Source: Octopus vulgaris
Taxonomy: Eukaryota
NCBI GenBank assembly: GCA_951406725.2
Contig: OX597815.1
Coordinates: 203,670,001-203,734,000, forward strand
Reading direction: 5' to 3'
DNA: 64,000 nucleotides
The notes beneath the pieces are model-generated. The model was not told the origin of the DNA. It made no database searches and saw nothing but the letters and a program-made list of their open reading frames with translations. Made by a program: the position numbers and the translations under genes. Every line of letters starts with the position of its first letter. Position 1 is the stretch's first letter. This document shows, in pieces, positions 1-13,999 of the stretch.

Positions 1-419
1 GTGAAGCTGGTATTCCACCCACCAACACACAAAGTGGTATTGCTTAATAAGGGGAAGCGAAATACAAAACGTCACGAATAGATTACGTTGAGATCGACGT
101 TAAGCACTGGTTCATCATCACTTTTGCAGTGGAAATCAGATAGGATCTACATTTACTTACTGTTCCTTGTGAACCTCGAAGACTACAAGCCTATCTTGGA
201 GGTGTACCGTTTTCTGTGAGCAGAAAGGAGAATAAACAAATCGAGGAGAGGAAAGGAGGACTGTTATGTGGAGCACTTGAACGATAGACTATAGGAAAAC
301 CCATATTTTTTGCTTAATCCAAGGATATATACATATACATACATATATACGTGTGTGCGTATATATGTGTATATAATACATATATGCACACATATACCCC
401 CTCATATACATATATGTAT

Positions 420-476
<57 letters not shown>

Positions 477-709
477 AATGTATATATAGCTGTGTATGCG
501 TGTATGTAGTGTCTTTGAGAACAATTCTTTCTGTTTATTCAATCCACATTGTGATATAGTCATAGTACCAATTGCCTGTACTCTTAGGATTTCGTGTAGA
601 TGATTAAGAGTGTACTGTATAGTTTCATTTTAGCCTATGTAAGTATGTATGTATGTATGTAATTGCATATACATAAATGTCAAGATATACATGTTTCCGT
701 ACACTTTCC

Positions 710-850
710 TCCTCCATCAAATTCCACTCGCAAGACATAGGTCAATCTGGTGCTATGATAGAAAACACTTTTGCAAGATGCTGTGAAGTGGGACCGAATA
801 CAGAAGCACAAAATGGCGAAGCGAACTTCTAAACCACTGAATAATGCCGT
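710..850 (-). mobile_element. Degenerate 5' half of SINE family A
   Basis: ccactcgcaagacataggtc...atagaaaacactttgcaagatgc...gtgggaccgaa aligns by eye to the head of the copy at 1451-1942. Confidence 0.5.
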
Positions 851-1450
851 TTCCAACCTGCTGTACTCTGGAGCAAGAAGTAATCTGCTCGTTATTCAGC
901 AAATGACACTACGGGTGTTCGTCTTGCCACCCAAAACATATCAAAGTTACCTAATATTCTTATGCTTTGAGGTCATTATCTATACAAAAAATTGCTAAGA
1001 AATTACTGAGAAAGGAAGTAATTGCTTCAGGCGACAGGAAGCTAGACTGGTTAGTTTGTTTATAGAATTTAGATGAGTATTTCCTTGTCTTTTGTTCAGA
1101 TACTTCCGGACAGTAGAGAAGCAATGTCCGGTCATAAGTTCAGTTCCCTTGCTGGCACTTCGTTTTCTTTCTTTTTTTATTTCGCATTTTATTTGATAGG
1201 TGCAAGCATGGACAAACGGTTAGGAAGTTCGATTAGTTATCAGAGGCTTCTTGCTTCATTTTCAGTCCTCAATGTCTTGCTCGCCTCCCAGTGTAGGCTT
1301 ATATTCATTCAACGATTGTGAGTGAAAATACTGAGTGCTGCATATGTATTTGCCCATTGATCATTTTATCATAAAATAAAATGTTTTAGGTTTTAGTAAA
1401 TGAAAATCTATAGGTTGTTTGTTACATTTATTGACAATATTATATATATA

Positions 1451-1942
<492 letters not shown>

Positions 1943-1954
1943 TATAAATATATT

Positions 1955-2450
1955 TACAATTCAAAATGTCCACCATTTGCTTTCACCCCAACTCTTAGTT
2001 CTTCAGCCCAGTCATTGTCACCTCACAATTCTTTTTCCAGTCAATTTCAATGCTCCAATTTGTTCATATTTTCTTTGAATTGCCATATTTAATTGAGGGT
2101 ACACTATAATACAAAGGATTGTTGAAAATGGGTAAATAATGAGTAAATGTATAAGCCGCCCCCGGAAGATAGAGAGAGACTGTGCAAGCAATACGGATGG
2201 ACTGCACGATCTCATACATATTCCCTCGATGATTCTCACTGTGAATTACGTTAAGGAAATCTGTGTCCGTGGAATATTCAGCCACTTTAATATTGCAGTT
2301 GATGGATGTCATCTTTGGCTACAGATTTCAATCGGCCCAATTACTGAGTCACTGCATTTATGATGGTGTGAAGAAAATGAGAGTATCTGTAAGCCGTTGA
2401 GAAACAAATATTTCAATGTGCTGCATTCATTAAAATCCTGTTTTATTTCT
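1955..2450 (-). mobile_element. Highly decayed Tc1/mariner-superfamily transposase C-terminal fragment
   Basis: Minus strand ends in LRVGVKANGGHFE, the typical C-terminal motif of Tc1/maT-type transposases; the upstream part is broken. Confidence 0.4.
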
Positions 2451-2461
2451 GCTATTCTTTT

Positions 2462-2649
2462 ATTCTTTTCTTGTTTCAGTCATTTGACTGGGGCTATGCC
2501 GAAGCAACGCATTTAATCGAACAAATCTTTGTAAGTCTAGTACTTGTTCTATCGGTTTCTTTTGCCGAACCGCTAAGTTACAGGGACGTAAACACACCGA
2601 CATCGGTTGTTAAGCGATGGTGGACACACACACACATGCACACACACAT

Positions 2650-2681
<32 letters not shown>

Positions 2682-2711
2682 GCACACACACACACATACG
2701 ACGGGTTTCCA
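2462..2711 (-). mobile_element. SINE family A, 3' half
   Basis: cttgtttcagtcatttgactg...gccgaaccgctaagttac...acatcggttgt followed by (CA)n. Confidence 0.85.
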
Positions 2712-4360
2712 TATGATGTCCAGACATCTCTAAGGTTATCGACAATGGAGAACTGACCTTCCTCTACACTATAAGTCATTTAATCCCCATTACATCGGTT
2801 CTTTTTTATTTTATACTCACACGCTATGTCGACTTTAACTTTCTCTCAATTTCCGCGATACTGGCCCCAATGCAGCAGTGGTTTTGATGCCGGCACTACC
2901 TTTTCTTCGATCACAAATAAACTCAGTTGGTTGTGGATGTTACACTTCACTGCATCCGAGCTATCAACCATACCAGCGCACTTCTAGTGGTAGGTTCAGC
3001 TAGACACAAACCTTAATTAAAATGCACATTTTCCCGTAAATTGTGCTTTGTATTCTAATTCTGTAACTGTTTGATCTTTTATGCATCGCCTCTTCTCTTT
3101 ACCAAATGTGACTGGAATCTTATCGACCTCTCTGTTAAAATTTTCTGCTGCCATACACCTGTCCCTTCGTCTCGAATAACATTTATTGTTTGGGCCTTAA
3201 TCTGCTTTCCAAGTTATTGAAAACTTTAACTTCTCTTCTGCCTGTTTCATCTACTGCAGAGTGTTATGGCAAATATTGTGAACATATTCGAAAAATCGGT
3301 CTCTCAAACGTATTTGTAATGTGTCGCGAAGATTGTACGTAAAAAAGTTGATGAGTGTGGAAGAAGCGAAGTAGTTTTTAAGGAAATTGGTACATAGGTT
3401 GCAGGTCGACTAATACATGGCATTTGGATGACAAGGTAGATATGGAATTTGTGACGAAAGTTATTTGGTTATGTATGGCTGTGGGCACCTAGAAATATTT
3501 TAAGTGGAAGACCATAAAGATTCCACAGGTGATACGAGAAAGACCGAATGGTTATAGAATCGAGTACTAATCGGAATTTACAGAAACGTGCACTTTAACA
3601 GTGGGGTGAATGGCAATATGATAAGTAAAAGAGATGAATTCTTGTGTGTCTAAAGCTAGGACTGTACTGGTGTGACTGACACAGAATTCGGTGGTACGAG
3701 AGTTCAATATTTCAATTTACTTGGCCTCTCTATACCCTACATTCCTGCAAACGCAAGAAGCGATTTATAATCACGCTTAGCAATGTCGCTTCCACGTGCC
3801 TATACAATTAATTGTTTTCGCAATTATTTTCCCAAGTATTCTTTTTTTTCCGTCCACAAAATATTAACAAATACCATCTTCACCCCACTGCTCTCCTCAC
3901 GCCTTGCACTTTCTTCCCTACTAAAACAATACATATATGCAAAAATATTTATTTTTCACTCATTGATGTGTTAATGAGGTTGCATATGTTGATAGGCACA
4001 TAAACACTCCTATGTGTGTCTGTTCAGCTCATCATATTCCTCCCTACCAAACTTCAAATCTGTCACTCTGGACAGTGATCCACTATTAATGCTTCAACCC
4101 TTGCCTCCTGCTCTTCCCCATTTTAATACGTGTATTCCTAAAAACACTCCTAGATCGGTTCCACTCCTCATGACAGCCGATCTTTTTGACACTCAACAAA
4201 CTCCCCTTTGAATTTACTATGCCAGTCACTGTTTAACTCATCACTTTCTTCCACACTTCTGTCCAATGACCTACAATCTACACCCTTATACAATTATACC
4301 CCCTGCTCTCGAGTCATTAATTTTTTTGGAAAACATTACGTAAAGTATGTATGTATGAAA

Positions 4361-4403
<43 letters not shown>

Positions 4404-4508
4404 GTATATAAATATGTATGTATATATATATATATATATATATAAATATATATATATATGTATATATGTATTATTTATATATACATATAAATAAAAGAAA
4501 TATATATG

Positions 4509-4570
<62 letters not shown>

Positions 4571-4740
4571 CCCGCAGGACTGGCTGTGTGGTAAGTAGCT
4601 TGCTTACTGACCACATGGCTCCGGGTTCAGTCCCACTGTGTAGTACCTTTGGGCAAGTGTCTTATACTATAACCTCGGGCCGACCGAAGCCTTGTAAGTA
4701 GATTTGTGAGTGCCTTTGGTAAACTGAATGCACGTCGTAT
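4571..4740 (+). mobile_element. SINE family A, 5' half ending in (TA)n
   Basis: cgcaggactggctgtgtggtaagtagc...gggttcagtccc...gggcaagtgtctt. Confidence 0.88.
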
Positions 4741-4761
4741 ATATATATATGTATATATATA

Positions 4762-5250
<489 letters not shown>

Positions 5251-5278
5251 TACATGTGTATATATACCGCTCTCTCTC

Positions 5279-5363
<85 letters not shown>

Positions 5364-5849
5364 ATTATATACATGTATGCAAGTGTCCTGTTGGGGGGGG
5401 GGTCACCTCTTTTGTGTATAAATGTACACTAATTTTATACATGTATATATATATATATATACGTATATATGTGTGTGTGTATCTACATTTATATATGTAT
5501 GTATGTGTTGTAACGCACGTTCGACGTACGATGTAACGGGATAATAATATTGTCTTCGCAAATCGTTCTACTGAAGATACTAGAAATAACCCACGAAAAT
5601 ACGCAGTCCCGGGCATATATTTATATTTGTGAATCTTTCTGTTAGTAATTTTTTATATGTTCTTGAATTTGTATATATTTATAAATTGTTATGTATATGT
5701 ATGTATTTATAACTTCTTATAAATTTCTTATATATCATATAGATGAGTGCATCTATGTGTATTTTTGTATACGACGGAGAATTTCGTTAATATAGATTGA
5801 ATAAATATACACATCGACCTTTGGATTTGTTTTCTCACCTTAATTTTTT

Positions 5850-5884
<35 letters not shown>

Positions 5885-6014
5885 AAAGTTAAATGCGATA
5901 CAATAAAATTAATTATAATCATATATATATATATATATCTGATAATATCAGAGGGTAATCAGTGGCCTAGCGTGTAAAAATTTAGTCAATAGACTATATA
6001 TTATTCATATAAAT

Positions 6015-6371
6015 ACAGTGTATATTCAAATACATTTGAGGCATCCATCATAGGACTCCTTGCACGCTAGAGAGAACAGTTAAATTCCAAACCACTATTA
6101 GGGATAAAATTTCGAAGAGAATGAAAACTAAAAACATCTGCCATCTAACTCCTGGACCAATAGTTTCAAACTTGAAGAAGACTTCGCCTAGCAAATTATT
6201 TTATTAGCTAAAAAAATGTCTGAATCCATTGGTCCAGGAGTTAGGTGGTAAGTTTTTATTTTTCATTCCCTTCGAAATTTTATTCCTGATAGTGGTTTGG
6301 AATTTAACTGTCCTCTCTAGCGTGCAACGAGTACTATGATGGATGCCTCTTATGTGTTTAAATGTACATTG

Positions 6372-6377
<6 letters not shown>
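6015..6377. repeat. Diverged inverted repeat (about 155-bp arms) of a probable Penelope terminal fragment
   Basis: gaggcatccatcatag..gcacgctagagag..cagttaaattccaaaccacta..ctcctggaccaa is mirrored by ttggtccaggag..tagtggtttggaatttaactg..ctctagcgtgca..tatgatggatgcctc. Confidence 0.85.
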
Positions 6378-6429
<52 letters not shown>

Positions 6430-6707
6430 GTATATTTATATATATGTATGTATGTATATATATACATATATATATATATATGTATTTATATATATATATA
6501 TGCTTACATATATGCATATATATGTGTGTGTGTGTGTACCACTGAACTCAACTTGCTTTTTTTCATTCTCTCACCTCTTATTCGTTTCTGTCAAAGAGCG
6601 TGGTCTCGAAATGTAAAATACTTTTACATTTTTCGCGAACATCAAACTAACGTATTCGCTTGTTGTTCCTACACCCGTCATCTTCTTTGTTTTTCTATAA
6701 ATTTAAG

Positions 6708-6761
<54 letters not shown>

Positions 6762-6943
6762 TTTAAATAGTATTGGAACTTACTCAGAAGGTACAGGAAT
6801 CTTATATGTATATCTTTCTGCGTAAATAATGGAGGTACAGATACAATATCCCAGCATATCTCACGTTTATTTTCATACCTCCACTTCACTTTCTATTTCA
6901 TATATTATCTAGAATAACTATTGCTTAACCATTTTCTCACACC

Positions 6944-6991
6944 GTCTCCAATGAAGACATATATAAAATATCTTGGAAACAGCTGTAAGAC
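6944..6991 (+). ncRNA. Degenerate minimal hammerhead ribozyme motif
   Basis: GTCT-CCAATGA-(stem II)-GAAA-C-AGCT-G-TA-AGAC: stem I GTCT/AGAC, palindromic stem III, two core substitutions. Confidence 0.55.
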
Positions 6992-7330
6992 CTATTTATG
7001 AATGTCTGAAATCTTTCACAGTCTTGTTTTTTTTTTATCTCATTCTGAAAAAAATTTCTTTTTTATAAAAATATATATGACCTACATGATATAGAAAATT
7101 TATCAGCACATGCTGATATATGACCTACGTTGGACTCCTTATTTGCATAATCATCGAACCTGGAGCTTAACTATGGTCTATCCATAGCACTTACTCAGCA
7201 TTACCTGACACCTTTGGTTCTTATTGACACCATTATCTCTCAAAACCTATATGTATATATGTATGTATGCATATCAGGAAAATAAGACAAGGTAGAAAAT
7301 GCTAAAATGATTTTATCATGAAGAACATTT

Positions 7331-7368
7331 TAGTACCGGTTTCAGACTTTGCAACTTTTTCAACTTAG
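7331..7368 (-). ncRNA. Minimal hammerhead-like motif, U3-A8 core variant
   Basis: Minus strand: AG-TTGAAAA-AGTTGCAAAGTCT-GAAA-CCGG-TA-CT; stems I and II are weak. Confidence 0.45.
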
Positions 7369-7489
7369 AGTAAGGCATGAAAAACAATTAAATTGTGGAA
7401 AAATTAATGAAATGTTTTAAAAATATTTCTATAGATTTCAAATGCAAGAGACATTTTCCTTTTTTTCTGTTTGTCTCTGTCTCTCTCTT

Positions 7490-7527
<38 letters not shown>

Positions 7528-7621
7528 TTCTAGATGGTGTAATTTAATTGTTCATTTTGAATTGATGAAATGTGTTTTTTCTAATTTATATATGTATATA
7601 TTTTTATATATATATATATAT

Positions 7622-7683
<62 letters not shown>

Positions 7684-7714
7684 TAAATATATATATATAT
7701 ATGTATATATATAT

Positions 7715-7816
7715 AAGCTGGCTGGTTGGAATTAACATTTATGTATCTTAAGCATTCATTAGGCTTGTGGTATGGTTCGTTCAAACCATTTTCCAAATTA
7801 AAAGTCTCATCTGACA

Positions 7817-7874
<58 letters not shown>

Positions 7875-7982
7875 GTATATTGTCAGATGAGACTTTTAAT
7901 TTGGAAAATGGTTTGAACGAACCATACCACAAGCCTAATGAATGCTTAAGATACATAAATGTTAATTCCAACCATCCAGCTT
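7715..7982. repeat. Near-perfect palindrome: inverted duplication of the 5'-truncated end of a Penelope element around a (TA)n centre
   Basis: 7715-7826 is the reverse complement of 7871-7982 with one visible mismatch; ORFs 7581..7817(-) and 7880..8296(+) begin with the same peptide. Confidence 0.95.
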
Positions 7983-9945
7983 CCATAATCAAAACAATAA
8001 TTAAGAATGAAGCTACCAGAATATCACGATTATCAACATCGGAAGAAATACTCAAACAACATGCAGAATACGAAAATGAAGCGTTAGCTAGGGCCGGATA
8101 TAAAGAAAGAATCAAGTTTGTAAATACCAAAACATTAACTAACAATAACACAAATACAAATAAGATAGAATACACAGTTAGTTCGAATGACATCAACAAA
8201 CGAATAACAAGAAAAAAGGGAAAACCTAAGGAAGAAAGGAAAGATAGGAGGAAAATGGATATAATCCAAAAGGAAAGAAAAACATCGGAATACTGACACA
8301 CATAATCACTATACACAAAAATATGGAAGAAACCAAACAAAAGGTACAAAAATTAGAAAGTCCTATGGTATAAGCCAATTTTCGGACTCCAAATATCATC
8401 CCAGATTGGTAAGCAATTCATTGTAGCATTAAATAGATACTTTCCTAAAACACATAAATACTACCGTTTATTCAACAAACACACAGTGAAAATATCGTAT
8501 GCAATATCATACAACATGGAGTACTACATACATAAATACAACAAGCAGAAATTTAACACACAAACAACGTCTGCTGGTAGAGAACAAACAAATCTAAACT
8601 ACACAGTATTTAACACCAATAACCAAATTAAACAACAGATAGACTGCAAAATCTCAGATAGCGTAAAAGACGGTGACAATATAGTTGAAATATATCATTC
8701 GAAGATATCCAACAAAACAGATTACCGATTAAACAAAGCCTCGGGTACTAGAAACCAAACGGAACGTCATGAAAATAGAATAAAAAAGCCGCCAGATAGA
8801 AAATCCGCATGTCCGCTCCTGAACCAATGTGCTCAAAAGAACATGGCATATAAATGCATAATCTACACATCTCAACATAATTACGTGTACATAGGTGCCA
8901 CTGAAAACCAATTCAAAGTCCGTTATCGAAACCACATCTCATCATTCCAAAAGATAAATAGAAGGCACACGACCTCGCTGGCAGACGTCATATGCTGACT
9001 GAAAGAATCCAAAATTAAATACCAAATAGTCAAAAATTTAAAAAAAATGTCCGGTAAATATGACTTTTGCCTTGAGGAAGCACTGAGTATTATGCTGAGT
9101 AATGCAAATCTAGTGAATAAACATGAGAAAATCCCAAGATATAACCACCGTGCCAAATATGCATTTTCCAAATGGAACAGTGTATAAATTATATTTATTG
9201 TTCTATCTCGCTAAATCATTTTACCGCCTCCACGTATGTATAAAAGTATGCATTTATGATGGAGCGTTCAACAATATAACTATGTAGATATAACTATGTA
9301 CATGAAAATGAGTAGATAAATGTATAAGCGTCTATGTATGGATGTAAATGTGTTTATTGACATGTATGTGAGTATATGTATGCGTGTGTGCATCTGAATA
9401 TATGTACCTATATTTTTATATATATGCATGTATGTGTGTATGTGTTTGCGTGTGAGTGTGTGTGTGTGTGTGAGTGTGTGTGTGTGTATTGAAACACTCA
9501 GTGATGTATGGTATATCGGTGTGTAAGTAATTGTATAAGTATGAGCTAATGTATGAATTATTTTGCGCAATGGTACAGTTTGGCATGTGCAGAATAACAT
9601 GTTGAAACTGAATAAATAAACAGACATCGTGCACATTGCAGCTCATGTCGAACGTGATAAAACACTCATACCGATCGAATTGAAACTGTCAGCGTTTGTT
9701 AGTTCCAAAGAAGAAGCTATGGATGTTGTAGCATGGAAATCTAGATTTACTTACGGAGATAGCAACTAAGTATCGCCTGAAGAGATACATATAGAGCTTC
9801 TTATACAGATAAATCGTTACGTAATTTAATTTAAATTTAACTTTAAATCCTATTTAAACGAAGAACTGTATGTATCGAAACATTTGTAGTGATTAAAAAG
9901 CTGCCTAAGCGTAGTTACTCTTCCTTTTAACTTTTAAACTTTTTA
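7878..9945 (+). mobile_element. 5'-truncated Penelope-like retroelement (RT thumb, linker, GIY-YIG endonuclease, 3' pLTR); pseudogenised
   Basis: PYHKPNECLRYINVNSNHPASIIK (RT C-terminus); FPKTHKYYRLFNKHTVKISY (linker); CPLLNQC..AYKC..VYIGATENQFKVRYRNH (GIY-YIG); hammerhead in the 3' tail. Confidence 0.9.
9772..9893 (+). ncRNA. Type I hammerhead ribozyme with long stem II, intact core
   Basis: Stem I ATCGC/GTGAT; CTGAAGA 9777-9783; stem II base GATACATATAG/CTGTATGTATC (11 pairs); GAAA-C-ATTT-G-TA, predicted cleavage after 9888. Confidence 0.85.
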
Positions 9946-9980
9946 CTTTATATATATATACATATACACACACACACAAA

Positions 9981-10019
<39 letters not shown>

Positions 10020-10020
<1 letters not shown>

Positions 10021-11490
10021 AGTTAAACGCTAGTGTTATTCAAGTTCTTTTATGTTGTTCGTGTGTTCAATTTCTGGTTGTTGTATTTAGAGGAAGTTAC
10101 CTACATTAATTCCATTTAATATTATTCTACCTTTACTAATGGAGATATGAAATCTAGTTGTAAGGATATAAACGATATCAATTTTAATTTATACGCCAAA
10201 ACTAAACAGAAGAGGGGAGACAACCCTTATTTAAACCCCTATTTTCGTTCTAAAGGTAAAGCTATGTCTTTCAAAGATAGTTACACTAAAAAATAAGATA
10301 ACTAATAGTATAACCATTTGGTTAATTATTCCTTATGGGAGGCAAATTAAATCTAATCTTCCTTTGCAGTTTCGTGAAGCTATTATTAGGAATTTTCCAA
10401 AGAATTCTAAGTATTACTCTATTATCAACTCACACATAATATTAGCCTGTTAAATAGGGAGACATTTACTAATACTAACATTATTTAGCTAATAATATCC
10501 ATACCACTAGAAATATTAGTAACAAGGCTATGCATCTGAAGTCAATTACAACAGAATCAAGTTTATGTCAAGTAACTCTAAAATTTAAAATTCTATATAC
10601 CAGTGTAAAATTATTTCTGGTAATGAAGTATTCTTTTATATAGACAGCTTATATTCTCAGTTATCTAAAAGAATTTCTAATCATTACTTTACAATTAGGG
10701 ATAGGAATAAACGTAATAGTACAGGGCTTAGTAAAATAATTTGGTCTCTAAAAGACCACAAGAAACAATTTAATTTAGATTGGTTGATTCTCTCAATATC
10801 GATATCTTATGATAATTCTGAACTATTTTTTATTCTTTTTTCTAAAACCACCCTTGTAAACACGGTTATAGAGCGTGCATTCCGATGTAAACATTAGCAG
10901 AAACACACCTTTAGCTCATATAAGTGATATCTAGCATCATATATAATTTAAACATTAATTTTCTTCTTACATTTCACATTCACTAGATATATTTTTTCCT
11001 AGACTTTAGGGTTTTAGTTAATTTATATATCGTTATATACTTCTCATTTATTTGGTTCTTTCTTTCCTTTACCCCTCTTCTTTCTATAGGCTACATTTGA
11101 CGCTATATCCTTTAGCGATTTTTTTTAACAAATTTAATAGCGTTTAGTTAATCACTATGCATATCCATCATATTCAGTTAAAATATCATGTTGACGAGTT
11201 TCATTTCTTTATTTCCCTGAAGAGATTACATTGTTTTTACACCATTTTATTCCTTTGGAATAATACCAGTGATATCTTCGAAACATGTGTCGGAAGTAAA
11301 AGCATTTGACTCCAATTAAAAGTAAAAGCATTAACTCCAATTATTTATTTGTATATATTATACAAAATATTTCACGTAAACCCGGAGTTTCTACCTTTGA
11401 AAGGAGTTAGACCCTGTGATTTTTTGCTACACTGGTAACTATTTATATATTTTTCCGTGTTAATTGTTAGCAAGGAAAAATACACAATCT
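10020..11490 (+). mobile_element. Decayed Penelope-like element, second subfamily (linker, GIY-YIG, pLTR)
   Basis: IWLIIPYGRQIKSNLPLQFREAIIRNFPKNSKYYSIINSH; IYQCKIISGNEVFFYI; KRNSTGLSKIIWSLKD; homologous to 22540-23660. Confidence 0.85.
11213..11295 (+). ncRNA. Type I hammerhead ribozyme, intact core
   Basis: TTCC-CTGAAGA-GATTACATTG...CAGTGATATCTTC-GAAA-C-ATGT-G-TC-GGAA; predicted cleavage after 11291. Confidence 0.8.
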
Positions 11491-11491
11491 A

Positions 11492-11492
<1 letters not shown>

Positions 11493-11541
<49 letters not shown>

Positions 11542-12761
11542 AGTTGTGTGTGCGTGTGTGTGTATGGCAGGTTTGGTAGCTTTCAACTAACACTATCTCC
11601 TCTGAGACCCTGCGGCGCAAGTTGACCAAAATTGAGAGTATGATAGAATATCATAGAAGAAGGCTTTCTCTTAATTCCGTAGAAGAAAAAATTCAAATCG
11701 GACCATGTTAAGACCAAAAATTATTTACATCAAAAAGGTGCTTTTTTTCTATGAAAATCTCTATTTTTTACGATTTTTTGACAGCTGTGTCGCCATTTTT
11801 TGGTGTATTTCAACTAGAAAAAGTGCAATCTGCAAGCTGTTACTATCTACGATGTTCAAGTCAAACCTTCAATGGATATGCTTTGATTTTACAGATTTGT
11901 TTAGTTATACGTGATGTAGAATAGTCGATTTTCTTCATTTTAAGGTACAACCACGATTCATGTTGGCCACCCGTTTGGTTTCAAAATAACATTTTTTGGG
12001 GGGGTTTTTTGTAACCACAAACTGTTCTTACTAATGTTTTGGATTTTCGTGTACTTTTTCTTAATGAATACTGTTGCAGTGTTAACTTCTTAATAGATTT
12101 TCAGTGCAGTTCGAAACTTGAGCTTCGTTTTGCTTTAAATCTACGGGAAAGTTTTTTCTCCATAATGTTAATAGAAAGAATACTAACCAACAATACCAAC
12201 AACTGGATTCGGCATTACACATTTGCAGCACATTCAGAGCAAACTCGAGTATCGCCACACTATACTTTTATTCATAGATTGAAACTATGTCAAGGAGGAA
12301 TTATATCCGTGTTTCGTGGTCTGCTACCACATCAGCTACTTTATAGGATCCAGTTAGCTCAAGGCATCATCAGGAAGAACCACGTCCGGTTTCGGCCCCT
12401 ACTCCTCTATCGTTCTGACGTGGCGAGGCCCACCCCTCCTTTCGGAGGTGTTTTCAGCTCTGGTGTTGGGTGCATGTCTCCTTTCTTCTTCTTTCTTCTG
12501 TTCCCTGGCCTTTTCGATGTCAGGCGGTGACTGACTGACTTTTCAAATTTTTCCCTTCAAGTACCTGCCGCTAGGGTCCAGCAGGCAGCCCCAGCAAGTT
12601 GTCATGTGACACTGTCTCACCTTAACTGACTAGTGAAGGCGTGTAGACTTAGCCCGCGCATTCTCTAAACGACCGTCACCTGTCAGTCAGCGAAGCTGAT
12701 CTGCCGTTTTAAGCGCAACTAAAAAAAATACAAACCCGAGCAACGCCGGGCTATACTGCTA

Positions 12762-12762
<1 letters not shown>
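11493..12762 (+). mobile_element. Non-autonomous Helitron carrying a LINE 3'-end insert
   Basis: 3' end CCCGAGCAACGCCGGG hairpin plus CTATACTGCTAG; 5' AAACTGAAGTTGTGTG matches the 5' end of the Helitron at 37488-37868; exact 5' base blurred by (TA)n. Confidence 0.8.
12295..12705 (-). mobile_element. 3' UTR of a HERO-like LINE inside the Helitron
   Basis: About 12450-12700 is the reverse complement of about 43815-44058, which directly follows a HERO-type endonuclease ORF. Confidence 0.75.
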
Positions 12763-12806
<44 letters not shown>

Positions 12807-12875
12807 CACCCGCGCCGGAACTGCATCTAGGGACATATATATCAGTGAAGTTTATTCACTGATTACCTAAATAAT

Positions 12876-12949
<74 letters not shown>

Positions 12950-13139
12950 ATATGTATGTATGTATATATTAATATTTATATATATCGAGAAAGAGAGACA
13001 AAGGAATGTGAGAAAGAGAGGAAGAGATGCAGGACTATTTACGTTCGTTTCGTAATAACGAAGTTCCAGGATTAATCCTACTCCGTAGCAACTTGGAAAG
13101 TATCTTCTATAATATGGGCCTGATCACCTACCCCGCCCA

Positions 13140-13995
13140 CTGTACATCGCGGATTTTTGTGGATAATGTATGTAAATTATATCGTGGACTCATTAGTATA
13201 TCACGGGTTTCTGCGGCCGATAGGTATTTATAACTTTTTAGATTTTAATTATTTCTGTGGTAAAATGAGCATTTTCACGTCTAAAAATTAGGAATTAATA
13301 AATAAAAATGCATTATAGTACTGCACTGTCTTTACTCTTTACTCTTTTACTTGTTTCAGTCATATGACTGCGGCTATGCTGGAGTACCGCCTTTAGTCGA
13401 GCAAATCGACCCCGGGACTTATTCTTTGTAAGCCCAGTACTTAGTTTATCGGTCTCTTTTGCCGAAACGCTAAGTAACGGGGACGTAAACACACCAGCAT
13501 CGGTTGTCAAGCAATGCTAGGGGGACAAACACAGACACACAAACACACACATACATATACATACATATACATATATACGACAAGCTTCTTTTAGTTTCCG
13601 TCTACCAAATCCACTCAAAAGGCTTTGGTCGGCCCGAGGCTATAGTAGAAGACACTTGCCCAAGGTGTCACGCAGCTGGACTGAACCCAGAACTATGTGG
13701 TTGGTAAACAAGCTACTTACCACATAGCCACTCCTGCACACATCAATTAAAATATATTAAAAGAAAATACACAGCGTACCGTAGATGAATAAACAAAGAA
13801 TTGCACATACTGTATAGAAAACGAAACTCGGAAGGTGAGTGTGTGGTGTTGTTTTGCATTTAAAATTAAATAAATATATACGAATTATAAAAATAAAGAG
13901 TAATATACAGTACAACACTGCTTCTACTTCGCGGATTTTCACCTATCGATGGGGATTTTGGAACGTAACATCCCCGATAGTCGAGGGATTACTAT
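13140..13995. mobile_element. Decayed pogo/Tigger-like MITE interrupted by a SINE
   Basis: Right end aacgtaacatccccgatagtcgagggattacta matches the right end of 37348-37922; left boundary uncertain. Confidence 0.5.
13329..13737 (-). mobile_element. SINE family A, full length
   Basis: High identity to 1451-1942. Confidence 0.93.
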
Positions 13996-13999
13996 AATC

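Noticed and set aside
2715-4310. Strand-skewed, LINE-like decayed sequence
   Set aside because: No diagnostic protein motif is recoverable; left unannotated.
5565-5615. CTGAAGA...CGAAA...GTC as a hammerhead
   Set aside because: Stems I and II cannot be formed.
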